A stretch of DNA of 49,608 nt. Origin: an uncultured Chthoniobacterales bacterium (GTDB taxonomy: Bacteria > Verrucomicrobiota > Verrucomicrobiia > Chthoniobacterales > UBA10450). Location: contig CATPAW010000137.1 in the NCBI GenBank assembly GCA_955652255.1, positions 1 through 49,608 of the forward strand, read 5' to 3'. This document shows, piece after piece, positions 9,623-18,321 of the stretch. How positions within the stretch are numbered: position 1 is the stretch's first letter; each line of letters opens with the position of its first letter. A program made the translations under genes and the position numbers. The notes under the pieces were generated by a model that saw only the letters and a program-made list of their open reading frames with translations, was not told the origin of the DNA and made no database searches.

Positions 9623-10578
9623 CGATTTCGTTTATCATAATTTGTTGCTGGATCGTTTCGTTCTTCTTTAACGGAATTGAAAGCGGTTTGCTCTCGATCG
9701 ATCCCGTGCGGCTCCGCCAAAACGTCAAGCGCCGTGTGCCAGCAGCGGTGCGACTGGATCGATTGCTGAAGCATCCGGAACGGTTGCTCGTCACGGTTCT
9801 GATTTTCACGAACGCAGCCGATATTTCGGGACTGCTGCTCTTGACTCGCCGATTGGTGCGCTCATTCCACTTCGCCGGATTTTTCGTCGCGTTGCTGATC
9901 GCATTGCCGATCTATCTGTTCGCGCTCGCTGTCCTGCCGAAATCGCTCTTTCGGCGATTTCCGTTCCGCGCTTTGGCTCGGCTGGCCTGGATTCTGGAAC
10001 TCGTTTCCGCTCTGCTTTGGCCCTTGCTCGAACTCGGCGCACGTTTGGGCCGGGTTCTCCTGCCGCAGCGCGCGGAAAAAGGTCGACTTTTTGCCGCCCG
10101 CGAGGAGCTAAAACAAATCACCACGCAGAGCGAACGCGAAGGGTCTCTCACCGCTACCGAGCGCGCCATGATTCACAACGTGTTCGATTTCCGAAGCGTG
10201 AAAGTACGCGATGTAATGGTGCCTTTGCCGAAAGTGGTCGTCGTAAAACCAGATACTTCCATCGATGGAGCGGTCGCGCTCGGCGTTTCTTCCGGTCTCG
10301 ATCGTCTGCCCGTCATTACGGAACAAGGCCAGCCGAGCGGATTGATCAACGTGCTCGATATTCTGCTCGAGAAAAACGGCGCGAAAACACTGAGCCATTA
10401 CATGCGCCGCATCGTCACGGCGAATGAAGAGGAGCCTGCTTATAAAATCGTGCGACGATTGCGCGCCGCGCGACTTGGTTTGGCGGCTGTGTTGGACCGG
10501 GAACGGCATCTGCGCGGCATAGTCACGATCGAAGACCTGATTCGGCGTCTAGTCTCGTCTACGGAAGCACGAGCATAA
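9619..10578 (+). CDS. CNNM-domain protein (DUF21 + CBS pair, no CorC_HlyC domain)
   Basis: FFNGIESGLLSI DUF21 N-terminus, then CBS (VKVRDVMVPLPKV...LDRLPV). The protein ends after the CBS pair. ATGA overlap with the upstream paralog. Confidence 0.8.
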   Translation: MTISFIIICCWIVSFFFNGIESGLLSIDPVRLRQNVKRRVPAAVRLDRLLKHPERLLVTVLIFTNAADISGLLLLTRRLVRSFHFAGFFVALLIALPIYLFALAVLPKSLFRRFPFRALARLAWILELVSALLWPLLELGARLGRVLLPQRAEKGRLFAAREELKQITTQSEREGSLTATERAMIHNVFDFRSVKVRDVMVPLPKVVVVKPDTSIDGAVALGVSSGLDRLPVITEQGQPSGLINVLDILLEKNGAKTLSHYMRRIVTANEEEPAYKIVRRLRAARLGLAAVLDRERHLRGIVTIEDLIRRLVSSTEARA

Positions 10579-10607
10579 TTATCGATCTTGCCAAGATTGA
10601 CAGTCTA

Positions 10608-12410
10608 TTACGCGTCGCTACCCGGAACTTTCACCTGACCGCCCAGGATGCGCGCCGTGTTCACCAGCGCCAGATGCGTGAACGCCTGTGGGAAATTGCC
10701 TAACTGACGTTTCGCGATTGGATCGTATTCTTCGGAAAGCAATCCGACATCGTTTTGTAAGGCGAGCAAGCGCTCGAACAATTTCTTCGCGTCATCGGTG
10801 CGTCCGATGAAGTGCAAACAATTCGCGAGCCAGAACGAGCATGGCAAAAATGTTCCTTCCCGACCGGGCAATCCGTCCACGCGTTCCTCTTCCGTTCGAT
10901 AGCGAAGGACCAAACCGTCTTGCATCAGCTCCCGTTCAATCGCTTCGATTGTGCCGCGCATGCGCTCGTCACTCGGCGGAAGAAAGCCCACCCGAGCCAT
11001 CATGAGCAAACTCGCATCGAGCGCGTCGGAGCCGTAGAACTGCGTAAACGCCTTCTTCTCAGCGTTGTAGCCGCGCTCGCAAACTTCTCGATGAATCTGA
11101 TCGCGGATTTTTTTCCAGCGCTCGATATTTTCGCCCGCCGCGCATTCACACAACTCCGCCAGCTTCACCGCGCGATCGAACGCGACCCATGTCATCATCT
11201 TGGAGTGAGTAAAATGTTTGCGGCCGCCGCGGACTTCCCAAATTCCTTCATCCGGTTGATTCCAATTCGATTCGAGAAAGCGCATGAGCTCGACTTGCAG
11301 GCGCCAGTCGGGCTCATTGGTCTCCAAACCGGCGATATGCGATTCGTACATCGCCAAAAAAACTTCGCCAAAGACATCGAGCTGGAATTGATTCGAGGCC
11401 GCGTTGCCGATTCGCACCGGCCTCGAATTTTCGTAACCGGCGAGCCACGGCAACTCGAATTCGTGCAGCCGCCGTTCGCCGCGCACTCCATACATGATCT
11501 GCATCTGCGAAGCGCTGCCGGCGATGGCCCGCAGGAGCCATTCTCGCCACGAGTTTGCTTCATCCCGATAACCGACATGCATCAGAGTGATCAGCGTGAA
11601 GGTCGCGTCTCGAAGCCAGCAGTAGCGATAATCCCAATTCCGCACGCCGCCGATTTCCTCCGGAAGCGAAGTCGTTAACGCAGCGACCAGGCCGCCAGTC
11701 GGCGCGTAAGTCAGGCCCTTCAGCGTGATGAGCGAACGCATAATCACGTCTTTCCAGGGGCCCGAATAATGAAAACGCCCGGCCCAGCCGTTCCAGAATT
11801 TTTCCGTGTCGCGCAAGGCGTGCTCCGGATGAATCGCGCGCGGCGGCGCGCGGTGCGACGCGAACCACGTCAGAACAAACGGTACGCGTTGGTCTTTTTT
11901 TACGGTGAACTCTGCAACCGTCTTTAAATCCTCACCCCGTGTCTCAATCGGTGTCCGCAAAATGAGACCGTCCGGTCCTGCGATCGCCTCGAGCCCGTCG
12001 TGTGCCTTTCGCACCCAGGGAATGATCGACCCGTACTCAAAGCGGATGATCAGCTCCATTTTCATGAGCACTTCGCCGCGCAATCCTTCAACGATGCGGA
12101 TGATGTCCGGGTTCTCGCCCCGCGGCGGCATGAAATCGGTCAGGCGAACTGCGCCCGCTTTCGTTTCAATTTCCGTTTCGAGAATGAGTGTGTCGCCGCG
12201 ATACCGGCGTTTCACATTCTCGATCTTGTCCGCCGGAAAAAAAAGCCAGTGGCCATTCTCCTTCTTGCCGAGCAATGAGGCGAAACAGGCCGGCGAATCA
12301 AAACGGGGAAAACACAACCAATCGACGCAGCCTTCGCGGCTCACTAACGCACCAGTCTGCGTGTCACTCAAGAACGCATAGTCCTCGATTTTTGTGCGCG
12401 GTTTACTCAT
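10608..12410 (-). CDS. glycoside hydrolase family 15 (glucoamylase/trehalase-like)
   Basis: IEDYAFLSDTQTGALVSREGCVDWLCFPRFDSPACFASLLG and WDYRYCWLRDATF are classic GH15 motifs. Length is 600 aa. Confidence 0.85.
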   Translation of the reverse strand: MSKPRTKIEDYAFLSDTQTGALVSREGCVDWLCFPRFDSPACFASLLGKKENGHWLFFPADKIENVKRRYRGDTLILETEIETKAGAVRLTDFMPPRGENPDIIRIVEGLRGEVLMKMELIIRFEYGSIIPWVRKAHDGLEAIAGPDGLILRTPIETRGEDLKTVAEFTVKKDQRVPFVLTWFASHRAPPRAIHPEHALRDTEKFWNGWAGRFHYSGPWKDVIMRSLITLKGLTYAPTGGLVAALTTSLPEEIGGVRNWDYRYCWLRDATFTLITLMHVGYRDEANSWREWLLRAIAGSASQMQIMYGVRGERRLHEFELPWLAGYENSRPVRIGNAASNQFQLDVFGEVFLAMYESHIAGLETNEPDWRLQVELMRFLESNWNQPDEGIWEVRGGRKHFTHSKMMTWVAFDRAVKLAELCECAAGENIERWKKIRDQIHREVCERGYNAEKKAFTQFYGSDALDASLLMMARVGFLPPSDERMRGTIEAIERELMQDGLVLRYRTEEERVDGLPGREGTFLPCSFWLANCLHFIGRTDDAKKLFERLLALQNDVGLLSEEYDPIAKRQLGNFPQAFTHLALVNTARILGGQVKVPGSDA

Positions 12411-12434
12411 GCGACGTGATACAGCCGTTCCGAC

Positions 12435-12929
12435 CTACGATTCCGCGAGCTTTGCGATCCCGTCGCTGGTCATCCGAAAGATTCGCCACTCTTCCATCGG
12501 AACGGCGCCGATTTTTTTATAAAATTGAATCGCCGGTTCGTTCCAATCGAGCACCGCCCACTCCATTCGGCCACAGCCGCGGTCGAGGGCGATTTTCGCC
12601 AGGTGAATGAGCAAAGCGCGGCCGTAACCTTTTCCGCGCGCTTCCGGTTTCACAAAAAGATCTTCGAGATAAAGACCGGCGCGACCGAGCCATGTCGAGA
12701 AGTTGTGAAAGAAAACCGCGAAACCAATCGGCATTTTATCCTCGAAAGCGAGCAGCACTTCCGCCACCGGTTCTTCGCCGAATAAAACATCGATAAGTTG
12801 TGTTTCGGTGGCGGTGACTTGATTTGGCGCACGTTCGTAAGTCGCCAGGTCACGAATCAATTGAAGGATGATCGGAACATCGACAATCGTGGCCAGCCGG
12901 ATCGTGAAATTCTTCGTTTCGGTTCTCAT
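12435..12929 (-). CDS. GNAT family N-acetyltransferase (diamine/spermidine acetyltransferase-like)
   Basis: LYLEDLFVKPEARGKGYGRALL (acetyl-CoA binding motif A) and WNEPAIQFYKKIGA. The start overlaps the stop of the upstream gene. Confidence 0.8.
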   Translation of the reverse strand: MRTETKNFTIRLATIVDVPIILQLIRDLATYERAPNQVTATETQLIDVLFGEEPVAEVLLAFEDKMPIGFAVFFHNFSTWLGRAGLYLEDLFVKPEARGKGYGRALLIHLAKIALDRGCGRMEWAVLDWNEPAIQFYKKIGAVPMEEWRIFRMTSDGIAKLAES

Positions 12930-14710
12930 TCCCTGGCCAAATTCAATTTGTAGATCCTGAATTCAGGAGTTGCCTCGAGCAGCGTTGCGTTCCGCGCGAC
13001 ATGTTCGGCGAATTCGTGGTAGTAATCCAGCCACCAAAATGTGCTCGAGATGAAAACGAGATACATCGCGCCGCGCCCGCGCAGCTGCTCAAGATCGACA
13101 ATCAATTGTTTGCTGTCGCCTGGATTGCCGTCGTAAATGCCGTTCTTCTCGAGGAAATGCCAGCCTTTGCGTTCCGCGTAATAAAAATTTGTGGGATCAC
13201 CGTTATCGGCCGCGACAATTAAGGAATTTTCCGCGGTTGTCCGTCGCAATTCCAAACCGAGATCGCGCAACTGGACAGCCGACGGCTGATAAAAAGGTCG
13301 GATGTAGTGAAACGCAAGAATGCCAAAGGAACCGGCGAGTAAGATCGACAACGTGATCCTGACGTCGCGCGCAGAAATTTTTGATGCCAGCGATGCGCAA
13401 GCGGTGCCTGCCAACGCGGCAGAGATCGGTACGAGTGGAAGTTGATACCATTGATGGCGATTGCCGTAGCCGACGACAACGATGAAGACAATCATCGCGG
13501 CGAGCCAGAAATGAAAAAGGCCCGCCCGCGTTGATTGACTCGCCACTCGGCTCATCAACCCTCTCGGGCTGTCCCGTCCATGTCGTTCGTCTCCCGGCGG
13601 CTCGGTTGTCGATCTTGTCATGAACGCGCCGGCGGTCGCGAGCGCGAAAAGCACCGGAGTTAAGCTCGAAGTTGTTATCTGTTTTGCGATCTTCCAGTAC
13701 CAGCTCGCGCTCATGATCCGAATTCCGCCCGCGCCAAAAAAATGGTGCGGATAAAATTTCTCTGCGACCTCGTGAGCATGCCAATACCAAATCGCGGGCG
13801 GCGCGAGCGTAATTAGAGCGAAGAGCCAGAGCTCCCACCGCGTAACGAGGCGAACCATCAAATCCTGTAGCGCCGGTCTGCGACCGCCGTTCGAGCGACG
13901 CGAAAAAGTGGGACGGTCATAGACTACAGTAACAGCGAGGTACAGCAGAGGCGCGCCGATGACCGTGGTAGGAAGTTTGATCAAGAGCGCCAGCGAAATA
14001 AAACCGGCAGATGCAATCAGCCATCGTCGGGCGATGCTTTCATAGGTTGCGCGATACCGCTTCGATTCTCCTGCAGGCGACCATGCTATACGTGAATCAC
14101 ATATAGCATGGCAGTAACGCAGGAAAAAATAAAGGCCGATGATGGCGAGACTGAGCGACGGAACGTCGGGCATAAACTCGCGGCTGGTGAAGAGATTAAG
14201 CGGCGCGAAGCTGTAAAAGAACAGCGCCCAGCTTGCCGCGGTCTCAGCAAAGCGGCGTCCGTATCCTGTCGATGGGCCAGGGGCTGGAAGCCCATCCCAC
14301 GTGTCCCGCACGAGCAAAAAGAAAAACGGCAGAGACGCCGCGAATAAAATCACCCCTTGAATCCGTCCAATCCATTCGTGGACGCCGAAAAATTTGTAAC
14401 AGATCGCGACGAGGAACGGTAAAATCGGAAACTCCGTTCCGACAAAGCCAGGCCGATCGCCAGCCCAGTCGATTTGTGGATGAGCGAAATGAGAACCGTT
14501 TTGAAAATAATTGCGGGCGATGGCCGCGACATCGCTTTGCCGCCAACTCCAATTGTCGATGTACGGCTGGTCGATCAAAATCAGTCGCGCGGCAACGGCC
14601 AGGATCGACATGAAAATTGCCAGTTGAGTCGGGCGCGCCACGGATCGCGTCTTGACAAACTGCTCCGCCAAAGTCAATCGAGTACAGGGATTTGAATCGA
14701 TTAGCACCAC
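12926..14710 (-). CDS. ArnT/PMT-like (GT39/GT83-type) membrane glycosyltransferase
   Basis: A polytopic membrane protein. The N-terminus ...ARLILIDQPYIDNWSWRQSDVAAIARNYF is typical of dolichyl-phosphate-mannose/undecaprenyl-phosphate sugar transferases. GTG start is uncertain. Confidence 0.6.
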   Translation of the reverse strand: MVLIDSNPCTRLTLAEQFVKTRSVARPTQLAIFMSILAVAARLILIDQPYIDNWSWRQSDVAAIARNYFQNGSHFAHPQIDWAGDRPGFVGTEFPILPFLVAICYKFFGVHEWIGRIQGVILFAASLPFFFLLVRDTWDGLPAPGPSTGYGRRFAETAASWALFFYSFAPLNLFTSREFMPDVPSLSLAIIGLYFFLRYCHAICDSRIAWSPAGESKRYRATYESIARRWLIASAGFISLALLIKLPTTVIGAPLLYLAVTVVYDRPTFSRRSNGGRRPALQDLMVRLVTRWELWLFALITLAPPAIWYWHAHEVAEKFYPHHFFGAGGIRIMSASWYWKIAKQITTSSLTPVLFALATAGAFMTRSTTEPPGDERHGRDSPRGLMSRVASQSTRAGLFHFWLAAMIVFIVVVGYGNRHQWYQLPLVPISAALAGTACASLASKISARDVRITLSILLAGSFGILAFHYIRPFYQPSAVQLRDLGLELRRTTAENSLIVAADNGDPTNFYYAERKGWHFLEKNGIYDGNPGDSKQLIVDLEQLRGRGAMYLVFISSTFWWLDYYHEFAEHVARNATLLEATPEFRIYKLNLARE

Positions 14711-14718
14711 GCGTTCTT

Positions 14719-15291
14719 ATGAAGAAATCGACGCCGGATCATCCATCGACCTGCCGGATCGCCCTGCGTTTCGCAATTGTCCTGCTCGGCTTGCTGGCCG
14801 TGTTGACTGCGGAATCGCGCGCGCAAAATGAGCCGATGCTAATCCAAGATGTGGTCGATGCTGCGAAGTTGCTGCCCATTTTCCCCGATCCACCATCCGG
14901 ATGGACTGCGGACAAACCGGAGGGAGAAACCAGCGACGTTAGCGGATCCAAAATCACGACTGCGCATCGCGACTACAAGAAAGGCGGAGGGGACAACGTG
15001 CCTATAGCTTCGATTAGCATCATCGATTCCGTGGCCAATCCAGATACCATCGCACTGACGATCGAATCTTGGAAAACAAACAGCGAAACGAGCGAGGGAT
15101 ACACCAAGTCCGTGACGATTGATGGAAATCCTGGCTCCGAATCGTATGAAAAAGAGCGGAAGCACGCAGCACTTCGGCTCCTGATTGCAAACCGTTATCT
15201 TCTGGCAATCGAGCTGCAAAATCAGGACCCGAAGGAATTACAGGACTGGCTCAAACGTCTCGACCTGAAAAAACTGGCAGCGATCAAATAG
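14719..15291 (+). CDS. hypothetical secreted protein
   Basis: ATG 14719 gives MKKSTPDHP..ALRFAIVLLGLLAVLTAESRAQ, a signal peptide. I recognised no family. The track ORF starts at TTG 14692. Confidence 0.5.
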   Translation: MKKSTPDHPSTCRIALRFAIVLLGLLAVLTAESRAQNEPMLIQDVVDAAKLLPIFPDPPSGWTADKPEGETSDVSGSKITTAHRDYKKGGGDNVPIASISIIDSVANPDTIALTIESWKTNSETSEGYTKSVTIDGNPGSESYEKERKHAALRLLIANRYLLAIELQNQDPKELQDWLKRLDLKKLAAIK

Positions 15292-15384
15292 CGCTCTTGC
15301 GCTGCGGACCGGAAAGAGGGCGTGAATAGTGATCGGTGATACGTGAATCGTCCCAGGGACTAGGCTTCAGATTCCATTCACCAT

Positions 15385-16101
15385 TCACTGGCGTTTAACC
15401 GCCTCGCCCGCCATCGGCACGAAGCGCACTGGCAACACGGCGCGCTTCTCGAGTCGGCCGTTTTTCTTTTCGAGAAGATAAAGCTCCTGTTCGCCCGTTC
15501 CGCCAACCGGAATGATCATTCGTCCGCCTTCTTTCATTTGGTCGACAAGCGGCTGTGGAACGTGGTCTGGCGCGCACGTGACGATGACCGCATCGAATGG
15601 CGCGCGATCCGGCCAACCTTTATAACCGTCGCCCGCTTTCACGTGTACGTTTTTGTAACCGAGACGCTTGAGCGTCGCTTCCGCGTTTTTCGCCAGTGGC
15701 TCGATGATTTCGATCGTGTAAACGTCCGCGACCAGCTCCGCTAAAATCGCCGCCTGATAACCTGAGCCAGTGCCAATTTCCAGAACGCGATCGTCACGTT
15801 TCAATTGCAACTGCTCCGTCATGAACGCGACGACGAATGGTTGCGAAATGGTTTGGCCATAGCCGATCGGCAAGGGTTGATCGGTATAGCCGGCAGCCCG
15901 CGTCTCCTGCGGCACAAATTCCTCGCGCGGCACTTTCGCCATCGCGGCCAGCACGCGCTCTTCGTGGATACCGCGCGGCATCAGCTGCTCCTGCACCATG
16001 CGCTGGCGCTCGCTCGCAAGATCGACAACCGGCGCCGACTTCTGACCGCAGCCGCTGGCTGCGAGCACAGCGAGAATCAAAAATTGCCAAACTCGTCGCA
16101 T
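15385..16101 (-). CDS. pcm: protein-L-isoaspartate O-methyltransferase, with N-terminal signal/lipoprotein-like peptide
   Basis: [33 protein letters not shown] and [24 protein letters not shown] are the PCMT signature blocks. N-terminus [10 protein letters not shown]. Confidence 0.85.
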   Translation of the reverse strand: MRRVWQFLILAVLAASGCGQKSAPVVDLASERQRMVQEQLMPRGIHEERVLAAMAKVPREEFVPQETRAAGYTDQPLPIGYGQTISQPFVVAFMTEQLQLKRDDRVLEIGTGSGYQAAILAELVADVYTIEIIEPLAKNAEATLKRLGYKNVHVKAGDGYKGWPDRAPFDAVIVTCAPDHVPQPLVDQMKEGGRMIIPVGGTGEQELYLLEKKNGRLEKRAVLPVRFVPMAGEAVKRQ

Positions 16102-16138
16102 GTCGAAAAGTAGCCCGTATGCGGCCGGAGCAAAAGAG

Positions 16139-16190
16139 GTAGGGACAGCGCGCTGCGCTGTCCGCGAACGCCGCAGCGCGGCGTCCCTAC
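16139..16190. repeat. palindromic intergenic element, family C (GTAGGGAC ... GTCCCTAC)
   Basis: 8-bp terminal inverted repeat at 16139-16146 / 16183-16190. It encloses two inner hairpins (GGACAGCGC-GCT-GCGCTGTCC and GCCGC-AGC-GCGGC). It lies in the divergent pcm/thrS intergenic region. Confidence 0.75.
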
Positions 16191-16252
16191 TATCAGATCG
16201 ACAAATTCTTCGTGTCCTTCGTGTGCTTCGTGTTTAATTTCACCGGCCTTTC

Positions 16253-18289
16253 ATGAACGAGGATCGCAAGACCTTAGAACAACGCGCGACGCTGACCGAC
16301 ATCGAACGTCTTCGTCACTCCGCATCGCATGTGCTGGCGACGGCAATTTTGAAAATCTGGCCGGGAGCGCAGTTCGCTGCCGGCCCGCCGGTCGAGAACG
16401 GTTTTTATTACGATGTCGATCTTCCACACCGCATTTCGCCGGCCGATTTCGAGAAAATCGAGGCGGAGATGAAGAAGGAGATCAAGGCGAACCATCCGTT
16501 CGAGCGCATGGAAGTTCCGCGCGGCGAAGCGCTCGAGATGGGAAAGAAAGGTCGGCTCGCCGCATTGAGCGATCGCGATCAGCCGAGCAAATACAAGATC
16601 GACATCATCGAAAACATCCCGCCAAACGAAAAGATCTCGCTCTATCGCAACGGCGAATTTGTCGATCTTTGCGCCGGCCCGCACGTCATGCGCACGGGAA
16701 ACATCGGCGCGTTCAAGCTCACCAATATCGCGAGCGCTTACTACAAAGGCGACGAAAGGAATCCGCAGCTCCAGCGCGTTTACGGCACGGCGTTCAAAAC
16801 GAAAAAGGAACTCGACGATTATTTCGCCATGCTCGAGGAAGCGAAGAAACGCGACCATCGCAAGCTCGGCAAAGAACTCGAGCTATTCACGTTCGACGAC
16901 GACGTCGGTCCGGGTCTTCCGATGTTTTTGCCGCGTGGCGCGGTCATCGCCGATGAACTGGAGAAACTCGCAAAAGAAACGGAGTTCGCAGCGGGTTATC
17001 AACGCGTCCGCACTCCGCACATCGCACGCGAAAGCCTATACAAAAAGAGCGGCCATCTCCCCTACTACGCCGAATCGATGTTTCCGCCGATGCGATTGTC
17101 TGAAGGCAGTGAAGATGTGACCGAGCGAGCGAGCAATCGAGCTGCTGCAGAAGAAGCGATAAAGCGGCTGCGCGAGTTCATGAAGACTCAGATGAAGGAT
17201 ATTACCGACCCAGAGGGCCGTCTCGCCGATGCCGACAAATTCCAAGCTCGCATAGAGGAGCTACAGCAATCGGTGGATTGGATCGAGCTGCGTGAATCGG
17301 CGCAAGCTGATGAACGCGGGGAGAATTACTACCTTAAGGCGATGAATTGTCCGCATCATCACAAGTTATTTGCGGCGATGCCGCGCAGTTATCGCGATCT
17401 GCCCTTGCGGCTCGCAGAGTACGGCACCTGTTATCGCTACGAGCAGAGCGGCGAGCTGTTCGGACTCATGCGGGTGCGCTCGATGCAAATGAACGATGCA
17501 CACATTTATTGCACGCCCGAGCAATTTGAAGCGGAGTTCAACGCCGTGAACGAAATGTATCTGAAATATTTCACGCTCTTCGGGATCGAGAAATACCTGA
17601 TGCGTTTCTCTACGCACGACCCATTGAAGCTTGGCCAAAAGTTTGTCGATGAACCGGAGCTTTGGAAACAAACCGAAGTGATGACAAGACGTGTGCTGAA
17701 AAATTCCGCGATCGATTATGTCGAAGTGCCAAACGAAGCGGCGTTTTACGGACCGAAGATCGATGTGCAAGCGTGGAGCGCAATCGGCCGCGAGTTTTCC
17801 ATCGCGACCAATCAGGTCGATTTCGCACAGCCGCGCCGGTTCAATCTCGTTTACAAAGATCGCGACAACACCGAGAAAATTCCTCTCTGCATCCACCGCG
17901 CGCCGCTCGGAACGCACGAACGTTTCATCGGATTCTTAATTGAGCATTACGCCGGCAACTTCCCACTCTGGCTCTCGCCCGAACAGGTGCGCATCCTTAC
18001 CATCGGCGATCCCGCAGGCGCGGGACTGATCGATTACGCGCGCAAGATCGACAACGAGCTGCGCGCGCATCAAGTCCGTTCCGATGTCGATCTTTCCACC
18101 GACAAGATCAACGGCAAAATCCAGCGCGCCGAGCAAATGAAAGTCCACACCATGTTCGTAATCGGTAAGCGCGACATGGAAGCTGACGCCATCAGCGTCC
18201 GCGTACACGGCCAAGGAAATCTCGGCGCCAAGCAGCGCAGCGAAGTCATTGCGGACATTCTCCAGTCCATAAAAGAGCGACGAACTTGA
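16253..18289 (+). CDS. thrS: threonine--tRNA ligase (no TGS domain; carries an internal insertion)
   Basis: Editing-domain motifs RHSASHVLA and DLCAGPH, class II core KAMNCPHHH / FGLMRVRSMQMNDAHIY, and FYGPKID...IHRAPLGTHERFIG. Confidence 0.9.
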   Translation: MNEDRKTLEQRATLTDIERLRHSASHVLATAILKIWPGAQFAAGPPVENGFYYDVDLPHRISPADFEKIEAEMKKEIKANHPFERMEVPRGEALEMGKKGRLAALSDRDQPSKYKIDIIENIPPNEKISLYRNGEFVDLCAGPHVMRTGNIGAFKLTNIASAYYKGDERNPQLQRVYGTAFKTKKELDDYFAMLEEAKKRDHRKLGKELELFTFDDDVGPGLPMFLPRGAVIADELEKLAKETEFAAGYQRVRTPHIARESLYKKSGHLPYYAESMFPPMRLSEGSEDVTERASNRAAAEEAIKRLREFMKTQMKDITDPEGRLADADKFQARIEELQQSVDWIELRESAQADERGENYYLKAMNCPHHHKLFAAMPRSYRDLPLRLAEYGTCYRYEQSGELFGLMRVRSMQMNDAHIYCTPEQFEAEFNAVNEMYLKYFTLFGIEKYLMRFSTHDPLKLGQKFVDEPELWKQTEVMTRRVLKNSAIDYVEVPNEAAFYGPKIDVQAWSAIGREFSIATNQVDFAQPRRFNLVYKDRDNTEKIPLCIHRAPLGTHERFIGFLIEHYAGNFPLWLSPEQVRILTIGDPAGAGLIDYARKIDNELRAHQVRSDVDLSTDKINGKIQRAEQMKVHTMFVIGKRDMEADAISVRVHGQGNLGAKQRSEVIADILQSIKERRT

Positions 18290-18321
18290 TTGCGTGCGCT
18301 TTCTCCGGCCAGAACAGTGAA

